A DNA stretch of 64,000 nucleotides from Octopus vulgaris (taxonomy: Eukaryota). Of the stretch, positions 28,846-40,132 are shown one piece after another. Where the stretch lies: the NCBI GenBank assembly GCA_951406725.2, contig OX597825.1, forward strand, positions 69,564,001 through 69,628,000, read 5' to 3'. The position numbers and the translations under genes were made by a program. Position 1 is the stretch's first letter, and each line of letters opens with the position of its first letter. The notes below the pieces were generated by a model, which did no database searches, had not been told where the DNA came from, and was given only the letters and a program-made list of their open reading frames with translations.

Positions 28846-29420
28846 CGGAAGGTTTGGAGATGATGTACAGGTATTATATATTAGAAAAATTGAGGTAATC
28901 AGATCAGATGGTTCATATTTGTAGATATTTATTTATATATTACATTTTTTACATATATATCGTATCATATCATTCGGATTTCGGATTAGCGCTTGCCCCC
29001 ATTCTAGTGGGCTTTTCAAATTGAAAAGCCCACTAGAATGGGAGCAAGCGCTAATCCGAAATCCGAATGATATGATACGATATATATGTAAAAAATGTAA
29101 TATATAAATAAATATCTACAAATATGAACCATCTGATATGATTACCTCAATTTTTCTAATATATATATATATATGTGTGTGTGTGTGCATCTGTGTATGT
29201 GTTTGTGTGTCTGTGTTTGTCCCCCCAACATCGCTTGACAACCGATGCTGGTGTGTTTACGTCCCTGTAACCTAGCGGTTCGGCAAAAAAGACCGATAGA
29301 ATAAATACTAGGCTTACAAAGAATAAGCTCTGGGGTCGATTTGTTCGACTAAAGGCGATACTCCAGCATGGCCACCGTCAAATGACTGAAACAAGCAAAA
29401 GAGTAAAGAGTAAAGAGAGA
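28622..29420 (+). mobile_element. SINE family A copy with a 290-bp palindrome in its internal (TA)n
   Basis: Head 28622-28775, tail 29175-29420 ending (taaagag)n. Confidence 0.9.
28875..29165. repeat. Near-perfect palindrome, about 145-bp arms, 1-nt spacer at 29020
   Basis: ...attctagtgggcttttcaa a ttgaaaagcccactagaat...; only about 3 differences between arms. Confidence 0.95.
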
Positions 29421-29947
29421 GTATATTATATCCCTGTGTGCGTGCATGGTTTGCATCACCCGTTCGATGCCTTTTTTTTTCATTAGTCCTATAATCATAA
29501 AAAGGTATAGTTGACGACGGCATAATTTGAACTTAGAACGTTGCGCAACATAACGAAATGTTCCTGATTTAGAAATAACGCCAACAATTTTGATTTAGTC
29601 AAACACATAGAACTCGGATAAGGCGGGCACTTTATTTTATCAACTCGAAAGACTGAAACGTTGACTTCGCTGGGATTTGAACTTCGAACGTTGGGCGACA
29701 CAAATGAATACATTATTCTGATTTTGGCAGAAGACAGTATTTTTCGCGTGGACTGGATAAATTCGTACCATCGATCCAAATACGTGGTTTTCACATTATA
29801 TTTTTGCTTGATCTAGGCACAAGGCCCGAAATTTTGGAGGAGGAGGCCAATCGATTAGATTGACCCTTGTACGCAACTGGTACTTAATTTATCGACCCCG
29901 AAAGGATGAATGCAAAGTCAACCTCGGCGGAATATAATAATAATAAG

Positions 29948-29980
<33 letters not shown>

Positions 29981-29981
29981 G

Positions 29982-30016
<35 letters not shown>

Positions 30017-30207
30017 CCTATGTACTACAGGGGCAAAGCCTGGAATGTTGTTTTTGCGGGCTGGGGCTAGTCTTTTGTAGCAACCCAAGTACTTGACTGT
30101 TAATTATTTTATCGACCACTGCGGAATTTCAAGTCAGAACATAAATACGGACGAAATGACATCTAGCATTTCACCCGACATTCTAAAGATTCTGATAGCT
30201 TGCTGCC

Positions 30208-30282
<75 letters not shown>

Positions 30283-31371
30283 GTACTAATAATAATGGTT
30301 TCATATCTTGGCACAAGACCAGCAATTTGGGAGGAAGGGATAAGCCGATTAAATTGACCCTAGTATCCAATTGCCACTTATTTTAACGATCCGCAAAGAC
30401 GAAGGAAATGCCGTTAAACTTTGTTCCTAGCGGTTTAATATTTCTGCCATTAAGTATGATATTACTTTCTGATGGCAGAGTTTGTGTTAGTTTCATCGGT
30501 ACTGAAATTTGATGAAGGGTATCGATCTGCTTCAAAAATAAAAAAAAAACACTATTTAACACGTTTAACCATATATTTCGACGACTTCAGTAAAGAAAAC
30601 AGAACAAGGTCTTGAATAACCCGTATCTATATCTTACACTCATAAAGTCTCGAATTTCATGACTGTCTTTTAAGAGAAATTCATTACTAAACTTTGAGAA
30701 TATATATTCTCTATATATGACGAACTGTATGAGAATAGAAAGCAATAAAACGCAACACAATGAAAAGGCAAATAAACTCACATGTGAACACCTGATAACA
30801 GTTATCGTACTGTGAGATAACTGACAATAATAACAAAAAGTTGGCTCCTCAGGTTCCATCCCCTGTTTTCGCTATAAGAATATTAGAAACGATTCTATTG
30901 TCAACGCACGTAAGAGATGATTATATATTAACACTTGGCAAGCGATCTTATTGACTAATTGATGAGAAGAGTAGATTTCATCACTTAATCTCGCACGGCG
31001 AACGGGATGAAGTAATCCCAGCTTTCAAAGTTCGTTTATTGCATTATACTGCCAGGTCTTCATTTCGTAATCACTTCTAATTCGTTATACCTAATTATCA
31101 GTCAAGTGATTTCATGACGTCAATGATTGCTGTTTGTGCCTAGGGGATATTCAAAATAAATTGCCTCCGATAAGATGGGAAAGTATCGTTCTCTTCGTCG
31201 GAGTCGGCAGGTCTTGAAATATTTTTTTTTTAAAACTTACATTATGTAAAACTCTAATACTTATCATTTCTCTCCTTTCAAATATTTCCTGAAGAAGAAC
31301 ACTATCCGAAACGTTCGAACTTTCAGACCCCATGACAAGTCCACACCACAGCACACATCATATATATATAT

Positions 31372-31441
<70 letters not shown>

Positions 31442-32290
31442 AGGGCCATAGGGCCTCAGTCCGTTGTATATGGAACATAAACAGAATGTTGTCTATGGAA
31501 TGATCCCGTCTCCATGTTGCACATAAAAGATAAGTAAAAATGCGACTAACTTGGACTGACATAAAGTGAGACCTCTGTCCTCGCAGACATTCCAGGAATG
31601 ATATGAAGAACCCGAACAAATACTGCAAAGTATTTACCCTATCTGCTAACGCACCCATCAGTTCACGGCTAAGGCTGAATTTCCTGGATCCTAAAAGAAT
31701 GGAAGGAAAAAATTGATCTAAGTGCGATTTGAACTCGCAGTGCAAAATAGAAACACATACTACATGCATTGTAAAGAATACTGTGATGAATCTGCTATTT
31801 TGCTACCTTTAGGAACCACTATAATTTCAGGTATTTGCTTGGAACCCGATTGCTTCAACCACAAAACTGAACTTAATTCAATAGACATAACATGCATTAT
31901 CAAATAAGTTATTTAGGCGGCGGCTGGCAGAATCACTAGCATCCTGGCCAAGGGGCTTAGCGGAATTTCTTCTGGCTACTGAGTTCACATTGTACAAAGG
32001 TCGACTTTAAGTTTCATCATTTTGGTCTCGAAAACATAATTACCACTTGATCACTGGGATCGTGATATAATCCATTAGTTCCTACCACAAAATTTCAGAC
32101 GTTGTACCTATAGAAGAACGGATATTGAAATAATATATTATGAAAATTCCCCACAAAACACCAGAGATGGCTCTGTGATTCAGATAATTCCTTAGCAACT
32201 TGGGAAAATGTCTTGTAATACAGCTCTGGGTCTCTCAAATCCTTGTTGAGGGAATTTGGAAAACGCAAAACGATGTAGAATCTTGTCACT

Positions 32291-32330
<40 letters not shown>

Positions 32331-32338
32331 TACACACG

Positions 32339-32382
<44 letters not shown>

Positions 32383-32833
32383 AGCACGCACACACACACA
32401 CACACACACACACATTCTCTTACCTGTTTCAGTTATTTGACTGCAACCCTGCTGCAGCACCGCCTTAATGTGTTTTACTCGAAGAAATTGATCTAGAACT
32501 TAATATTTGTAAGCCTATTGCTTATTCTATCGGTCACTTTTGCTGAACCGTTAAGTTACGGGGACATAAACACACCCGAATCAGTTATCAAGCGACGGCT
32601 GTGGGGGAAAAACTGAGACACACATAAATACACACACTCATGTATATATAGACATATACGACGGGATTATTTCAGTTTCCATCTACCAATTCCGCAGGTT
32701 ATGAGAGGTAATGGTGTTGAGAAGACCCAAAGGTGTCAAGTAATGCTGAGTAAGTGCTATGGATAGATTATAGTTAAGCGCCAGGTTCGGTGATTATGCG
32801 AATAAGGAAAGCAACATAGGTCATAAATCAGCA

Positions 32834-32880
<47 letters not shown>

Positions 32881-32902
32881 AGGAACACACGAGTTGATAT
32901 AT

Positions 32903-33475
32903 ATGAAAAAACAAGTAAAAAATAGAAAATGCTAAAATAATTTTATAGTGAACATTTCAGTACCGGTTTCGGTCATTTTGAGACCTTTTCAACTGTAACG
33001 ATTAAATAATTAAATTTAGAAAAATTAGAAGAAAAGTTTTTTTAAAACAATATTTCTATAGTAGTGTTCAGATTTAAGTGGCATTCTGCCTTTCTCTGAC
33101 TCCCTTGTTTGCACTTGTGTGTTCGAGGTAGTTGTGAGTTCTTGGTAGGGTAGTAGAGGGAAGGCTGGTGAGGAAAGGGGGTGGGAGAATCTGGGAGTGC
33201 CCTGATGGTCGTATTTTGAATGGTCAGTGGCGGCTGGCAGTCTCAGTTCAATTCAGGAGAATATTTATATCGACAGGCTTGTTTATAGAATTAGCGTAGG
33301 TGTTATACTAAAAAACATTAGTGACAAACTTAAGGGGTAGGGGGTGGAGAAGAAGAAGAAGAAGAAGAAGAAGAAGGAGAAGGAGAAGGAGAAGATGATG
33401 GTGATGGTGGTGATGATTATGACGACGATGATGATGATAACGATGATGATGAAGAAGAAGAAGAAGAAGAAGGAG
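32903..33475 (-). repeat. 3' pseudo-LTR of the PLE (sense copy)
   Basis: Reverse complement of 36610-37190; one substitution seen (33048 vs 37045). Confidence 0.9.
32958..32995 (-). ncRNA. Minimal type I hammerhead ribozyme, U3-A8 variant (sense pLTR copy)
   Basis: Minus: CAG TTGAAAA GGTC tcaaaat GACC GAAA ccgg TA CTG. Confidence 0.75.
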
Positions 33476-33699
33476 GAGAAGAAGAGAAGATGGTGGTGAT
33501 GATGGTGGCGATGATGATGACGCCGATGATGATGATAACGATGATGATGAAGAAGAAGAAGAAGAAAAAAAACAGAGAAGGGAGAATATGAATGGGTGTA
33601 AATATAGCTATGAAGGGGCTGATTAGTAATGGATTCTATGGAGTGTAGTATTTGTGTGTGTATATATATTTTTTTCTTTTATTCTAAAGTTGAGGTATA

Positions 33700-36054
33700 T
33701 TAATTGTTTGTCGTAGACCCGTTAAGAAGTGGCTTGTATTTTGTAATAAAGAGATTTTCTTTACTTATTCTTTGTCTCGAGGTTGTATCGTCCCTAAATT
33801 GGTAGAGGGGGAAAATTCTGAAGTTTGGTGTTTTTTTGTTGGCGCAAGTATCTATGTGTTGGCTAAAAGCTATTTTTCTGTTTTGGGGAATTTTTATCTG
33901 GGATCTGTGCAGGGCCATTCGTTTACGCAAACCATTTTTTGTTTGGCCTATGTACTGCTCTTGACACCCGGAGCAGGTTAGTGAGTATATTAGGTTCTCC
34001 GAAGCACATGTGAAGTTGCTTTTCACTGTAAACCGTTGTCCCTGTTTGAAGGAGAACTCAGAACCCTCGATTAGATAGTCGCATATCCCGCAATTGGGTC
34101 TTCCACATTTTTTTACTGTCGGCTTCTGTGTTGAAGAGTGAATTCGGGCTTGTGTAAGGAGACTTTTCATGGATCTAGGCTGTCTTTTGCTTTTTATGAT
34201 CGTGTGTGTTTGGAGGATTGTGTTCATTCTGTGGTCTTTTTTTAGGAGGGGTATGTTGTGGAGGATGGTGTCGAAGGCTTCGTTATTGAGAGGGTTGTGT
34301 GTGGAGATGTATGGTAAGGCTTTTGGTTGTAAGTTTTTCTTTGATTTGGGATGTCTCAGTTCCTTGATGTTAAGTTGAAGGGCACGTTGAATGCACTTGT
34401 CAATAAGTGAAGGTGGATAGTTCCTGGTGATTAGGGTATCTTTTAGTTCTTGTAGTCGTGTGTCTCTGGTGTTTGCGTTAGAGACTATAGTGCATATCCT
34501 TTTTGCTAGATTGAAGGGGATATTCATCCTGGTGTGTCTGGGGTGGCATGAATTGAATGGAAGATATTGCTTAGAGTCTGTAGGCTTATAGTATATGTCT
34601 GTTTCTATTATATTATTAGCTTTCTTAATGAGGATATCGAGGAAGGGGAGTTGTTGTTGGCTATATTCCATCGTGAATTGGATGTTTACGTCCAGTCCGT
34701 TTAAAATTTTCTGGAATTCTATGAGTTTTTCTATATTTTTATGCCAAAGGATGAAACAGTCATCTAGATATCTCTTCCAGTTGTTTTCTATGTAGATGGA
34801 GAAAGGGCTGCCATATCTTTCTAGAACCTTACGATACAGACTGATCTCTAGGTATCCTATGACTAGGTTGGCAAAGGAGGGGGCCATTCGTGTACCCATC
34901 GCAGTCCCCGATTTTTGTCGGTAGAAGTTGTCATTGAAGGCGAAGAAGTTATTTTCCAGGATGAATTTAACCCCTTCTATCACAAATTCTTTTTTGATGC
35001 GGTGTGGTAGTTCGTTGGCGTGATTCTCTAGCCAGAATTGGATTGCCTCTAGTCCTAGGTTGTGGGGGATATTGGAGTAGAGGTTGACTACATCGAAGGA
35101 TACCAGTATGGTGTTTTTGTTTATAGTATTCGGTAGGTGATTGAGCATATCTAAGTCGTCCCTTATATAGCTTTTGACATGTTTGAGGAGTGGTTTTAAC
35201 AGGGTGTCTAAAAAGTTACTGAGGCGGTGGGTTTCGCATGCGGGACCTGCTATTATGGGTCTCAATTTGAGGTCATTAGGATTAGGGACTTTAATTATTT
35301 TGTCTGTAGCTATCTTGCATGCGTTGCTTATTTTTTCACTTTTGTGGATCTTAGGTATACCGTAGAATTGGCTAGTTTTACTTGTGAAATTGGTCATATA
35401 ATCATATTCTTTGTCGGTGAGCCCTGCTTTGTATGGGTTTAATATGGATTTTAGTTCCCTCATTATTTTTTGTTGACTGTAGTTTTGTGCCTTTTCATAG
35501 TATGTTGTGTCTTCCAGCATAGAAAGTACCAAAGTTATGTAAAATGTCGTATCCATTAAGACAACAGCACTCCCTTTATCGGCCTCTTTGATTGTTATTG
35601 TTTTATCTAGTTTTAATTTGTTCAACTCAGCCCATTCTTTTTTGCTGAAGTTTGGTTTGTGTTTTTGTTTGTGCATATGTTGATATGGGTAATTTGATAT
35701 GTGGTCACAGAAATCATCAAGTGTTTTATTCTTACCTTTCGAGGGGGTGTAGTTACTCCTATTTCTGGCTAACGATTCGTCCTCGTTGTATTTATCGTAT
35801 AGCTCCTCAGTAAGTCTTAATTTTCTGCAGAATTCTGCGATGTCTTCTTTCATTTCATTGTAGTTGGGGTGTTGTGGGGTGGGTGTAAACTTGAGTCCTT
35901 TGGAAAGTATGTTTATTTGGTTTGCTGTTAGTTCCTTGTGAGTTAGATTAATAATTTTTATTACTTTTGGTTCCTCCTGCTTGTTTGGTGCTATCTTGTG
36001 TCTCTGTGTTTGCGTATTGGGTCTAAAAAATGAATGCGGTGGTTGGGACGGTAG
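33700..36054 (-). CDS. PLE polyprotein: reverse transcriptase, CX4CX2C linker and GIY-YIG endonuclease (717 aa from ATG 35853; frame open from 36054)
   Basis: IINL..LSKGLKFTP upstream of the ATG; KEADKG, FYGIPKIHK, LRPII, SFDVVNLYSNIP, GTAMGT, RYLDDCF, FLD, YKPT, SCHPRH; CGRPNCGIC; LIYSLTCSGC-EQYIGQT..R..H..H, E and LN. Confidence 0.95.
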   Translation of the reverse strand, partial: LPSQPPHSFFRPNTQTQRHKIAPNKQEEPKVIKIINLTHKELTANQINILSKGLKFTPTPQHPNYNEMKEDIAEFCRKLRLTEELYDKYNEDESLARNRSNYTPSKGKNKTLDDFCDHISNYPYQHMHKQKHKPNFSKKEWAELNKLKLDKTITIKEADKGSAVVLMDTTFYITLVLSMLEDTTYYEKAQNYSQQKIMRELKSILNPYKAGLTDKEYDYMTNFTSKTSQFYGIPKIHKSEKISNACKIATDKIIKVPNPNDLKLRPIIAGPACETHRLSNFLDTLLKPLLKHVKSYIRDDLDMLNHLPNTINKNTILVSFDVVNLYSNIPHNLGLEAIQFWLENHANELPHRIKKEFVIEGVKFILENNFFAFNDNFYRQKSGTAMGTRMAPSFANLVIGYLEISLYRKVLERYGSPFSIYIENNWKRYLDDCFILWHKNIEKLIEFQKILNGLDVNIQFTMEYSQQQLPFLDILIKKANNIIETDIYYKPTDSKQYLPFNSCHPRHTRMNIPFNLAKRICTIVSNANTRDTRLQELKDTLITRNYPPSLIDKCIQRALQLNIKELRHPKSKKNLQPKALPYISTHNPLNNEAFDTILHNIPLLKKDHRMNTILQTHTIIKSKRQPRSMKSLLTQARIHSSTQKPTVKKCGRPNCGICDYLIEGSEFSFKQGQRFTVKSNFTCASENLIYSLTCSGCQEQYIGQTKNGLRKRMALHRSQIKIPQNRKIAFSQHIDTCANKKTPNFRIFPLYQFRDDTTSRQRISKENLFITKYKPLLNGSTTNN

Positions 36055-36609
36055 CTAGTATATAGTTGTTCTTTGTTGATTAGGGGTCTCCTGTTGTGAT
36101 TTGTGGTGTGTGTTCTTGGAGCAGTATTGAGGAGAGCATCCCGATATCCCATATTCGGGTGTGGTGTTCTAGGAGGCCTTCGTTGGTAATCATTGCAAGT
36201 GGTGTGGGTTTGTTGTGCATGGTTGTTTAACCGGTTAATGGGACGAAGATTTCGTTGGTAACTCCTTTGGGTGGGGATGAGGTTGCAGTGTCTATGCTGT
36301 GGGTGTTGATTTATCCTTTCTCTGCTTGAAGTGGGGGTATTCCTGATATTGTATCGCTGGCTGCTTACAGAGTTGGGGTTAGGTCCTGTATTCTTTTTTT
36401 GATAGTAGTGAAGGTTCCGATTTTTAGACAGGTGTGTATCGGTGTTTGGGTGTTGTTTTGGTTTTCTTATTTTCTGGAAAGGGTTGTTGGAGGCGTGCTC
36501 TGTTTGAAAGACGGCTTCATAGTCTGAGAACCAAGTGGCGCTTTTCTCCCAGCGTTGGAGAGATTTTAGTTCTTCTTTTTTACAGTCCTCTTTCCATAGT
36601 TTGGAGAAC
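35991..36609 (-). CDS. Upstream ORF1 of the PLE, 5'-truncated by the inverted pLTR (helical start, then basic N/Q/R/H-rich region)
   Basis: About 205 stop-free codons, KFSKLWKEDCKKEELKSLQRWEK...HRIHFLDPIRKHRDTR*; the first ~46 aa of the 252-aa track ORF come from pLTR microsatellite and are artefactual. Confidence 0.65.
36024..36030 (-). promoter_or_regulatory. Candidate -1 frameshift slippery heptamer U UUU UUA
   Basis: ORF1 frame CAT TTT TTA GAC; -1 frame TCA TTT TTT AGA CCC is the RT frame. Confidence 0.55.
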
Positions 36610-37190
36610 TTCTCCTTCTTCTTCTTCTTCTTCTTCTTCATCATCATCGTTATCATCATCATCGTCGTCATAATCATCACCACCATCACCATCATCTTCT
36701 CCTTCTCCTTCTCCTTCTTCTTCTTCTTCTTCTTCTTCTTCTTCTCCACCCCCTACCCCTTAAGTTTGTCACTAATGTTTTTTAGTATAACACCTACGCT
36801 AATTCTATAAACAAGCCTGTCGATATAAATATTCTCCTGAATTGAACTGAGACTGCCAGCCGCCACTGACCATTCAAAATACGACCATCAGGGCACTCCC
36901 AGATTCTCCCACCCCCTTTCCTCACCAGCCTTCCCTCTACTACCCTACCAAGAACTCACAACTACCTCGAACACACAAGTGCAAACAAGGGAGTCAGAGA
37001 AAGGCAGAATGCCACTTAAATCTGAACACTACTATAGAAATATTCTTTTAAAAAAACTTTTCTTCTAATTTTTCTAAATTTAATTATTTAATCGTTACAG
37101 TTGAAAAGGTCTCAAAATGACCGAAACCGGTACTGAAATGTTCACTATAAAATTATTTTAGCATTTTCTATTTTTTACTTGTTTTTTCAT
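36610..37190 (+). repeat. Inverted 5' pseudo-LTR of the PLE
   Basis: Inverted copy of 32903-33475 fused directly into ORF1 at about 36609. Confidence 0.9.
37098..37135 (+). ncRNA. Minimal type I hammerhead ribozyme, U3-A8 variant (inverted pLTR copy)
   Basis: CAG TTGAAAA GGTC tcaaaat GACC GAAA ccgg TA CTG. Confidence 0.75.
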
Positions 37191-37256
37191 ATATATATAT
37201 ATATATATGAAAATTAAATCTTCCACAGCTTTGGATTTTTACCTCATTCTGTTAAT

Positions 37257-37302
<46 letters not shown>

Positions 37303-37978
37303 TATTTTATTTATTAGGTAATAAAAGTTCTGGCGTCACAGGGATTCAAATAAAATGAATTATTCTAGATAACAAAATATATGTTGTTTTGAAATAGAAG
37401 TCCCCATGCAAATCATCAAATCCTAATCACATCATACTATAGAATTTTAATTTAATTTAGAACTGATTAATAAGTATTAAAATAAAATTCTATGATATGG
37501 TGTGATGTATATTAGGATTTGATGAATTGCATGGGGAGTTCTCGCCCTCATTTCGATTTATATATTATAACCCATTCGATCTAAAACATATCTTTATTGT
37601 GTTTATCATTTTATTTCTATAATGGAATTCACAAGAACGTGGCTATTATTGCAAATTATACTTACGTTTTCCTTTGAAATTAATATTTATATCTAAATTA
37701 GATTAATGGTTGTATATTGTAAATTCAACAGCTGTATTCGTTTAAAGGTGTATAGAGTACAGTCTCAACAGTATAAAGCTCCTTCTTTTAGGACCCTGTT
37801 TCATAGAAAATATACTTTTGTGCAATAAATATTTATATGGCTGGGAATTATGTAGACTCCGACAAAAGTTTTCTCCAGTGATAAATACTCTAATGAGTTA
37901 CATTGAATATAGAATGGATATCTGCATTATAAAGGCAAGAGTAAAATTCATGTATTTTGGTGCAATATCATGTATATA

Positions 37979-38394
37979 TATTTCTTTATTGCCCACAAGG
38001 AGCTAAACATAGAGGGGACAAACAAGGACAGACAAAGGTATCAAGTCGATTACATCGACCCCCAGTGCGAAACTGGTACTTTATTTATCGACCCGAAAGG
38101 ATGAAAGGCAAAGTCGACCTCGGCGGAATTTGAACTCAGAAGGTAACGACAGACGAAATACCTATTTCTTTACTACACACAAGGGGTTAAACACAGAGAG
38201 GACAAACAAGGACAGACAAATGGATTAAGTTGATTATATCGACCCCAGTGCGTAACTGGTATTTCATTTATCGACCCCGAAAGGATGAAAGGCAAAGTCG
38301 ACCTCGGCAGAATTTGAACTCAGAACGTAACGGCAGACGAAATACGGCTACGCATTTCGCCCTGCGTGCTAACATTTCTGCCAGCTCGCCACCT
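37979..38394 (-). mobile_element. SINE family C dimer with about 23-bp TSD
   Basis: TSD tttggtgca(a/g)tatcatgtatata at about 37956-37978 and 38395-38417; junction gaaatacctatttc at about 38155. Confidence 0.9.
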
Positions 38395-40046
38395 TTTGGT
38401 GCAGTATCATGTATATATTAACATCTGAGTTACGTCCATTCATCCATATCCGCCGATCCCTCTTCCTGGCATGGTCATGGTACAAGAGTTCTGTGACAAC
38501 TCTTCTAGGGTAACTCAGCAGAAACAACCATCATTACATTTTCTGGCTGGATGCCTAGCATGACATATTGAGTCTATTGACATTATACACAGCCATTTTG
38601 CCTGTGTTCTAACATTAGACCTCTTGACAGTTGACTCAGCTTGGGGAAGCCATTTTGCGATAATTACCTTCGGAATTCTAACCGCATATCTGTTGCACCG
38701 GATTTGTAAAAGTTTGATCTGTAAGACTCTCTGGTCTCAAAACTACGAAACTCAATAGAGTAATTTTACTATAGTGATGCTTTAGGGAAATCCTATTTCG
38801 GCAGCTTTTATTCATGATCGCGCTCTTACGAACATAATCAGACATTCATGATCATAGATGAGTACATTATCAAACTATTTCATGGTTGACGGAGACTATT
38901 TCGCAGCAAGGAAGTTAATGGCTGTGATACACTGAGCAAGATAAATAAGATCGAAACGTGCAAAGTTCTCATTCATCTTTCCACAAACCAGATTAATTTT
39001 CTATTTTACTGCATGTTTATTTGTAATTTTAATTCACAGAGATTTCATTGAAGCTAACCAAATACGAGATCTGAGGTTTGAGGTTATCGCTTATAATGTA
39101 AGCATTGATCGGCTGCTTTAGCATTCTTCAATTTATGCTACGTTTTGATTAATCAAACTGTCTTTGCAAGCTGTCTTAAGTGTGTTAGTGCTTACATTAC
39201 TAACTCGTTTCGCTGACAACTTTTTGTTTTTAGTAATTGCTAACAGACTATCATTAGTTTAAACGGAGTTTGCTGTTACATTTTATTCTGTTCGGATACT
39301 GTCTCCTTTTACACAAGGTTAATCACGTCCATTCTCTGTGCTGTCAAATATTCACGTTGTATTAATTAATCAAGGCTTTGAATGCACTACAGCACTGACG
39401 TAGTTGATTAGCATGTCAACACCCGTTCAATCAGAAACAAATATATTGGCTTTACACTGAGCTTGACACAATATGGACTATCATCAATAATATAATTCCT
39501 AACTATTTGATATAAAATCGATTAAAATAATGGGGAGATTGACTCAAAACAAAAGACCTTGAGGGGGAAGAGGACAAATTTTAAATTACCAGGGGCATTA
39601 AAACACAATAATTCTGTTTGGAATTGTGGATCTCGAAACTCATAAAGCTATAAATGATAGCCTGCGAATATTGGTTTGTGCAAGTCTTTTGGATAAGAAA
39701 TAAGGATTCGTGTCCCACAAGAATTCTTCGACGTTTTCTATCTGAAAGCGTTTTTCAACTCGATATTTACCATTCTGAAAAGAATATTTCACGTTCTCTC
39801 AAAATACCTAGATATAGTTTGTCCCGCCCTTTTCTCCCTGATTTTCATTACTAAAATAGGCAACAAATTCCTGTCTCTTACATACACACGCAGACACACA
39901 CACACATAAATATTATACATTGATTGATTGATTTTAGTTTCAGCTCATGAGCTGTGGCTGTGCTGATATAATATATATATATACATATACATATACATAT
40001 ATATACATATATATACATATATACATATATATATACATACATACAT

Positions 40047-40079
<33 letters not shown>

Positions 40080-40084
40080 CATAC

Positions 40085-40130
<46 letters not shown>

Positions 40131-40132
<2 letters not shown>

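Larger units (their letters stand above)
32876..37190 (-). mobile_element. Penelope-like retroelement (probably Naiad-type), 5'-truncated with an inverted pseudo-LTR, inserted in (TA)n
   Basis: RT-GIY-YIG ORF; inverted repeats about 32903-33475 and 36610-37190; HHR in each; (TA)n at both ends; 21-nt extra tail at 32876-32897. Confidence 0.92.

Noticed and set aside
33480-35853. Selenocysteine recoding/SECIS, reported for some Naiad PLEs
   Set aside because: The ORF has no in-frame TGA and ends at TAA; no SECIS recognised.
36610-36749. N-terminus (MEKKKK...MMM) of the 252-aa ORF
   Set aside because: Antisense read-through of the inverted pLTR microsatellite, not part of the real ORF1.
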